DNA of 63,851 bases, the filler included, from an uncultured Candidatus Sumerlaeota bacterium (GTDB lineage Bacteria > CAYMEV01), in the NCBI GenBank assembly GCA_964389675.1. It is 6 parts of 6 records of this genome, joined end to end, with 100 filler letters (N's around TTAATTAATTAA, not from the genome) between each part and the next. Parts side by side here need not be neighbours in the genome. Positions count along the whole stretch, not along the records: positions 56,202 to 63,851 come from CAYMEV010000045.1; 5 more parts are not named here. One strand, 5' to 3'. The notes under the pieces were generated by a model, which did no database searches, was not told where the DNA came from, and saw only the letters and a program-made list of their open reading frames with translations. The position numbers and the translations under genes were made by a program. This document shows, piece after piece, positions 58,981-63,851 of this stretch. Numbering within the stretch: the stretch's first letter is position 1; the number at the start of each line of letters is the position of its first letter.

Positions 58981-61900
58981 ATGCAAATATGCACTGTGTT
59001 ATTATTTATATGTTTTCTGCTTATTTCTCCAATAATAACTCGGTCTCAGACTGAACATCTGCTGATTAGCAAAATCCATCCCCAAAAATCTGTAGAGAAA
59101 CATATCCAGGATTTATACCAGCCTTCCCTGAACATTAGCAGAATAGAGATCAATCAAGATATTATCTTAAACAACGTTAAGAAAGGTGATTATTTAGCTT
59201 TAAATCTTAATAATGGTAAAGAATATCATGCAAAAGTAATAAAATGTGGCAAATCCTTTACCGGTAGCCATGTTATCACTGCATTTGTTGAAGACAGCTA
59301 CTACAGCAAGATTATTATCACTTCATTCAATGTAGAGATTTTTGGGATTATTGAGATAATCGATGAAAAAATTAACTTATTTGCTATTAATACTAACCCT
59401 TACAACAAAAACACATATCTGATACAGTTCGACCCAGAAAATCAGAATTTCTTCAATCTTGGAGATACTATTCCTGTCAATGATAGAGAAATTCCAGTTC
59501 AACCCAGGGAAATAAAAGCTAGAGACAAGAAGAAAGATTTATATAAATTCCCCCAGACATTAAATATACAACAAATGTCCAATGATCCAAGTGCTATAAA
59601 TAAGCCCGCATTATTAATTGAATATAGCATTGATGGAGGACTTAACTGGGCACCTTTCAATGAAAATACTGGTGAAATAATTAATGAGAACCATGAGGTA
59701 TACCTGAAAATTGAACCAGAGAACATAAGTCTAATTCCGGCTGGAGATCCATACTATGGAACAGAAAATGAACGATGCCTTTTCTTATCCTGGGAGTCTT
59801 CAGACTGGCTTGCTTTTAATAATAATGTAGAAACTATATTAGATGGTTGTTATAGCCATTCGGAGACAAGCAAGATCAAATTTATTATGCCATCTCAGGA
59901 TGTCGAACTTACCGCAAATTTTCTAATTCCTCCAAGGGGTATTTATGGCTGGTTTCCTGAAGATGATGATGAACTCACAATCATGATAATATATACATCT
60001 GCAGCTGAAAATATAATTAGAACCCAGTATGGTGGAAGTGTAAATAATTTTATCACATTAAACATGGAGAATCTTAATTGGGCTTTGGGACCTTATTATG
60101 ATAACCAGATATGGGATCCGCCATGTCTAGGAGGAACATGTTCTAAAGTTTCTCTTGTTCACTATGAAAAAGTTGAATATACTGAATATGATGGAACAGA
60201 AACATATCCTGGTAATCTTAAAAATCTTCAAATTGAACTTAATCGCCTTACCTGCACAGGAGATAATCATCCATTAAATCAATACAGCAGAACTCCTGAT
60301 CAAAATGGATCTTATATGAGCCGTATGGATGGTATACATGAAAAAAGAGATAGATATAATGCGGACCTTGTGCTTTTGTTTACATCATCCGGGCTGGATG
60401 GCAATATAGCAGGAATAGCATGGCCATTGCTGAATCGTGGTATTGGAGCAGGTTCAGATCTTGCGTTTGCAGTAGTAGACCTCCATAATTTTAACGATAG
60501 CAGAATTCTAACATTCATTCATGAAATAGGACATCTCCTCGGGGCTGGTCACCATAAGCAAGCAAATATTCCAGGACCACAATTATTTACAAACTCTGCT
60601 GGTTGGCAGTTCAATGGCTATCCATATCTTATTCTTGATACTGTTATGGCTTCTGATATGGCTTTTCCAGGCAACTATAGAATAGGCCATTTCTCAAATC
60701 CAAACCTTCAGCTCCATGAGTTTGATGACGAAGCTGGGCATATAGATGATGGCTATAATGCAAGAACTATTGAATATTCCCAAAGAATGGCTGCTAAGTA
60801 CAAGATAAATGACTATAATAAATACCTTACACTTTATATCTCACCTGAAACTGCAGAAGATTATGAAAACCAGGTATATATTGATTCTAATCAGTGGTTC
60901 CATGAAGATTTTGAGGCATTCGAGCCCGATAGCATAATATGCATTGCTGTGACAGAAAAAAACGGATTTGAATTTGTCAACTGGCATACATCCTATACCG
61001 GAGATTTGGCAGATCCGATGAATGATCCATACAGCACAAATACAACAATAACAATGCCGCATCAGCACCTAATTCTAACAGCAAATTTTCTGCCACCCAA
61101 AATATTTAGGTTTATTATAAACGGGATTGATATTCTTGATATGGCAGCCTATACTGAAAAAAAAGCTGTAATTAGCCTCCAATCTTGGGATTATACATCC
61201 AGTGGAGTGTATATATATAATCACAAATCACAGGACAATAAATGGTACAAATTTTTTGACCATCCTGCAACACAAGTTATTGTTAATCCTAATACTGAAG
61301 AAATTATTATACGAATCAATAATATACCTGGCCATGAGGGTATTTACCGCGTAAATCCCAATAAAGGGGCATGTGAACAGATATCAGATATGCCCTCAAA
61401 CTATATTGCATTTGCAAGGACAGATCATAATTCTGAAAAATCAATCATTGCATCTTTCACTGGCGTTGGCCTTTACCAATATGATAATACAACAGGCAAT
61501 TGGAACTCAATTATTCAATATCCTCCAGAAATAGTGGTTTGTTCAAATCTGGATGATGATATAGATAGCTTAGATAAACTGCTAGTGACCTTTGAAGACA
61601 TAAATGGTCTGTATCTCTATGATTTTAATACAAAGAGCTTTGAAAATATTCTCCAGGCTAAACCTTCTCAGATTATCTCGGATGATATTACAGGCAATGG
61701 AATTGATGAGCTTGTTTGCGTTTTTAATGGGATAGGAACATATATAGCAACTTATTCTTCTGACAAGGCTGAACTTATTCTTGCATCTCCTTATTACTTC
61801 CATAGAGGATTTAGCTGGGAAAGAATTACTATAGCAGCTCCAGACTATGATCATAATATAGCAACCTGTGATTTTGAATATGGCTCCCTTAAGGAAATAT

Positions 61901-62079
61901 TAATGACATACAACGGCAGCACCTATTACTATCAATATGACGAAAAAGAATGGTCTACACTGATTCATGCTCCTTTCAGCAGAATCACATCAGGAAAATT
62001 CACAGAAGCATTAATTGATGATCTTATTTTGTATTGCCCAAACATAGAAAGTCTCTTTATTTATGGAGAACCTGACTGA
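58981..62079 (+). CDS. Secreted M12B/reprolysin-like zinc metalloprotease with InlB-B-like repeats and FG-GAP-like C-terminal domain
   Basis: Signal peptide; RDRYNADLV, GIAW, HEIGHLLGAGH, Met-turn TVMA; two MP...LTANF repeats; DITGNGIDEL repeats. Confidence 0.88.
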   Translation: MQICTVLLFICFLLISPIITRSQTEHLLISKIHPQKSVEKHIQDLYQPSLNISRIEINQDIILNNVKKGDYLALNLNNGKEYHAKVIKCGKSFTGSHVITAFVEDSYYSKIIITSFNVEIFGIIEIIDEKINLFAINTNPYNKNTYLIQFDPENQNFFNLGDTIPVNDREIPVQPREIKARDKKKDLYKFPQTLNIQQMSNDPSAINKPALLIEYSIDGGLNWAPFNENTGEIINENHEVYLKIEPENISLIPAGDPYYGTENERCLFLSWESSDWLAFNNNVETILDGCYSHSETSKIKFIMPSQDVELTANFLIPPRGIYGWFPEDDDELTIMIIYTSAAENIIRTQYGGSVNNFITLNMENLNWALGPYYDNQIWDPPCLGGTCSKVSLVHYEKVEYTEYDGTETYPGNLKNLQIELNRLTCTGDNHPLNQYSRTPDQNGSYMSRMDGIHEKRDRYNADLVLLFTSSGLDGNIAGIAWPLLNRGIGAGSDLAFAVVDLHNFNDSRILTFIHEIGHLLGAGHHKQANIPGPQLFTNSAGWQFNGYPYLILDTVMASDMAFPGNYRIGHFSNPNLQLHEFDDEAGHIDDGYNARTIEYSQRMAAKYKINDYNKYLTLYISPETAEDYENQVYIDSNQWFHEDFEAFEPDSIICIAVTEKNGFEFVNWHTSYTGDLADPMNDPYSTNTTITMPHQHLILTANFLPPKIFRFIINGIDILDMAAYTEKKAVISLQSWDYTSSGVYIYNHKSQDNKWYKFFDHPATQVIVNPNTEEIIIRINNIPGHEGIYRVNPNKGACEQISDMPSNYIAFARTDHNSEKSIIASFTGVGLYQYDNTTGNWNSIIQYPPEIVVCSNLDDDIDSLDKLLVTFEDINGLYLYDFNTKSFENILQAKPSQIISDDITGNGIDELVCVFNGIGTYIATYSSDKAELILASPYYFHRGFSWERITIAAPDYDHNIATCDFEYGSLKEILMTYNGSTYYYQYDEKEWSTLIHAPFSRITSGKFTEALIDDLILYCPNIESLFIYGEPD

Positions 62080-62142
62080 TGTGTCTTCTCCTGATTTATC
62101 TTAATTTGATTTTTTTTTATTATTAAACATAGGGATATTAAT

Positions 62143-63756
62143 ATGAGATATTACCAGATAGTCATGATCTTATCTGTTTTAGCTTTCATTTCAGCCTGTA
62201 CTGCACCTCATTATTCTTCAAAGCCTTCTGCAATACCGCAGGAAATTAACCATCCCAAATGGTGGAAATGGAGATCTGAAAGACAAATGGATAGCAAGCC
62301 TTTTATATATAAAGGAATAATATTTGCATATTCAGAGAAAGGCATCCTATATGCTATTGATAGCGCAAATGGAAATGATCTATGGAGTTTTTACCTTAAC
62401 AGGGAAATTTATTGCCTTAATGATCCATTATTCTACAAAGATATGGTATTTATAGCTTTAAGTAAAGGAACATGCTATGCATTAAATATTTATGATGGCT
62501 CTCTGATATGGAAAATCGAACCTGAAATAACTCCTGCAGAAGAACTTCTTAATCATCTGAAATCCGAAATGGAAAATGGAATAAGTTCAGAAATAATTAA
62601 AGAATATACTTCTTTCAAGATGCCTACGGAATCTATCTTTTTATATTGCAGTATCCATGATGATGTTCTATTTTTTTGTTATTCAGCAAAAATTATTGAT
62701 ATAAATTCATCAAATAGACCATTTATTTCTACCAGAGAATATATCCATGCAATAAATCCACGAGATGGAAGCATCTTGTGGGAATTTCTCCTGCCAGATA
62801 AAATATACTATGGGCATCCTATTAAAGGTTTTTCATGTAAACATAGGGGGACTAATGCTTATAAAGAATGGCTTCTAAGGGGTAAACCAGAAAATACAGA
62901 TATGCATATGTCCGGTATATATAATAGCATGGTGGGACTGGTAACTGAGTCATTGCGTTATCCATGGGAAAGGAACCTGTATGTAATTGATAAATATACA
63001 GGGAAAAAATTGTGGAAAACTGAATCTTATATAATAGGAATTAATCAGCATACTGATGATCAAAAACTGTATACAATAATTCACAATACTGATCAGCCGC
63101 TATTTAGGGCACTGGAGCCAGAGAATGGCAAGCTGATCTGGGAATATAAGTTAAAAAAACTGGTAGATTTAGCACCTGTATTTGGCGGGTTAATTATTAC
63201 ACAGTCTGGCTCAAGATATCACCATTATGATATTTTATTTTCAGAATCAGACAATATGGTTTTCCTGATATGCTATATTTTTAATAAAAGCTTTGATGGC
63301 CTCTCTGACAGTACCGGGCATATATATCGAAATCACAATGCCTATCTTGCATATATCACTGCTATCAATAGCGATACAGGCGAAACCCTCTGGAAAAAAG
63401 GCCTTACTTATACTCAGATTCTTGGCATATCAGGTCAAATGCTCTATTATGTCTTAGATCGCCGGTATTTATACGGGATTGATACAAAAACTGGCAAAAC
63501 CATTAAAAACCTTGACCTTAATATGAAAAATGAAGGCTTAAATCATGATTTTTGCCAATTACATGGTAATTTATTATTAAGCAGGTCTTATCAGGATAAG
63601 CCCCACCTATCCGCAATTGATATTACTACCGGGGATAACATCTGGAGAATCAATTGCTTTCTCAGTGCAATTGCTGTTGCAAATAATGCAATTTATGGAA
63701 TTTATAATGGAAATATTTATGCGATCGATTTAAGAGATGGTGATGTTTTTCAATAG
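62143..63756 (+). CDS. PQQ-binding-like beta-propeller lipoprotein
   Basis: Lipobox ISAC; repeated YAID..G...W motifs. Confidence 0.85.
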   Translation: MRYYQIVMILSVLAFISACTAPHYSSKPSAIPQEINHPKWWKWRSERQMDSKPFIYKGIIFAYSEKGILYAIDSANGNDLWSFYLNREIYCLNDPLFYKDMVFIALSKGTCYALNIYDGSLIWKIEPEITPAEELLNHLKSEMENGISSEIIKEYTSFKMPTESIFLYCSIHDDVLFFCYSAKIIDINSSNRPFISTREYIHAINPRDGSILWEFLLPDKIYYGHPIKGFSCKHRGTNAYKEWLLRGKPENTDMHMSGIYNSMVGLVTESLRYPWERNLYVIDKYTGKKLWKTESYIIGINQHTDDQKLYTIIHNTDQPLFRALEPENGKLIWEYKLKKLVDLAPVFGGLIITQSGSRYHHYDILFSESDNMVFLICYIFNKSFDGLSDSTGHIYRNHNAYLAYITAINSDTGETLWKKGLTYTQILGISGQMLYYVLDRRYLYGIDTKTGKTIKNLDLNMKNEGLNHDFCQLHGNLLLSRSYQDKPHLSAIDITTGDNIWRINCFLSAIAVANNAIYGIYNGNIYAIDLRDGDVFQ

Positions 63757-63790
63757 CCTCACGGTCAATCTGCGATATTTCAGCCAAGTG

Positions 63791-63851
63791 ATGAAATTGA
63801 TGGCAAAGCCATCTCAGATCTTTGCAGATGACATAACAGGAGACGGCAAGG
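63791..63851 (+). pseudogene. Second orphan FG-GAP-like fragment (runs off the window)
   Basis: MKLMAKPSQIFADDITGDGK matches QAKPSQIISDDITGNG in the protease. Confidence 0.7.

Overview
This window joins six unrelated contigs with 100-bp artificial linkers (N-TTAATTAATTAA-N at 13036-13135, 25821-25920, 37984-38083, 47375-47474, 56102-56201), so adjacency across linkers has no biological meaning. The DNA is AT-rich and comes from a diderm bacterium (TolC, lipoproteins). Contig 1: accessory enzymes, a twin-cyclase STAND-TPR protein, and an AbiE type IV toxin-antitoxin pair with a consensus promoter and operator. Contig 2: an ABC-TolC-MFP-RND-RND export operon and a decayed IS91-like element interrupted by a complete IS1634 with a 5-bp target duplication. 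Contig 3: a gene run from xerD through a tightly coupled Ser/Thr kinase, FHA-GAF-adenylate cyclase, HD-GYP and PilF-like operon, ending in an FtsY with a long TPR-like N-terminus. Contig 4: an IS3 end, TraB/GumN, an ECF sigma with partner, a kinase-STAND-TPR protein and a Ca/Na antiporter. Contig 5 is the most interesting: an integron-like cassette region with several attC-like sites and three remnants of a co-oriented tyrosine recombinase. Its cassettes encode alpha-amylase, a PD-(D/E)xK-PUA-like nuclease, a DUF1883-TIR protein and RadC. Contig 6: PQQ-type beta-propeller genes alternating with complete and orphan copies of an FG-GAP-like C-terminal domain, around an M12B metalloprotease. No rRNA, tRNA or CRISPR array was recognised. 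All family calls come from reading motifs by eye; no database searches were run.
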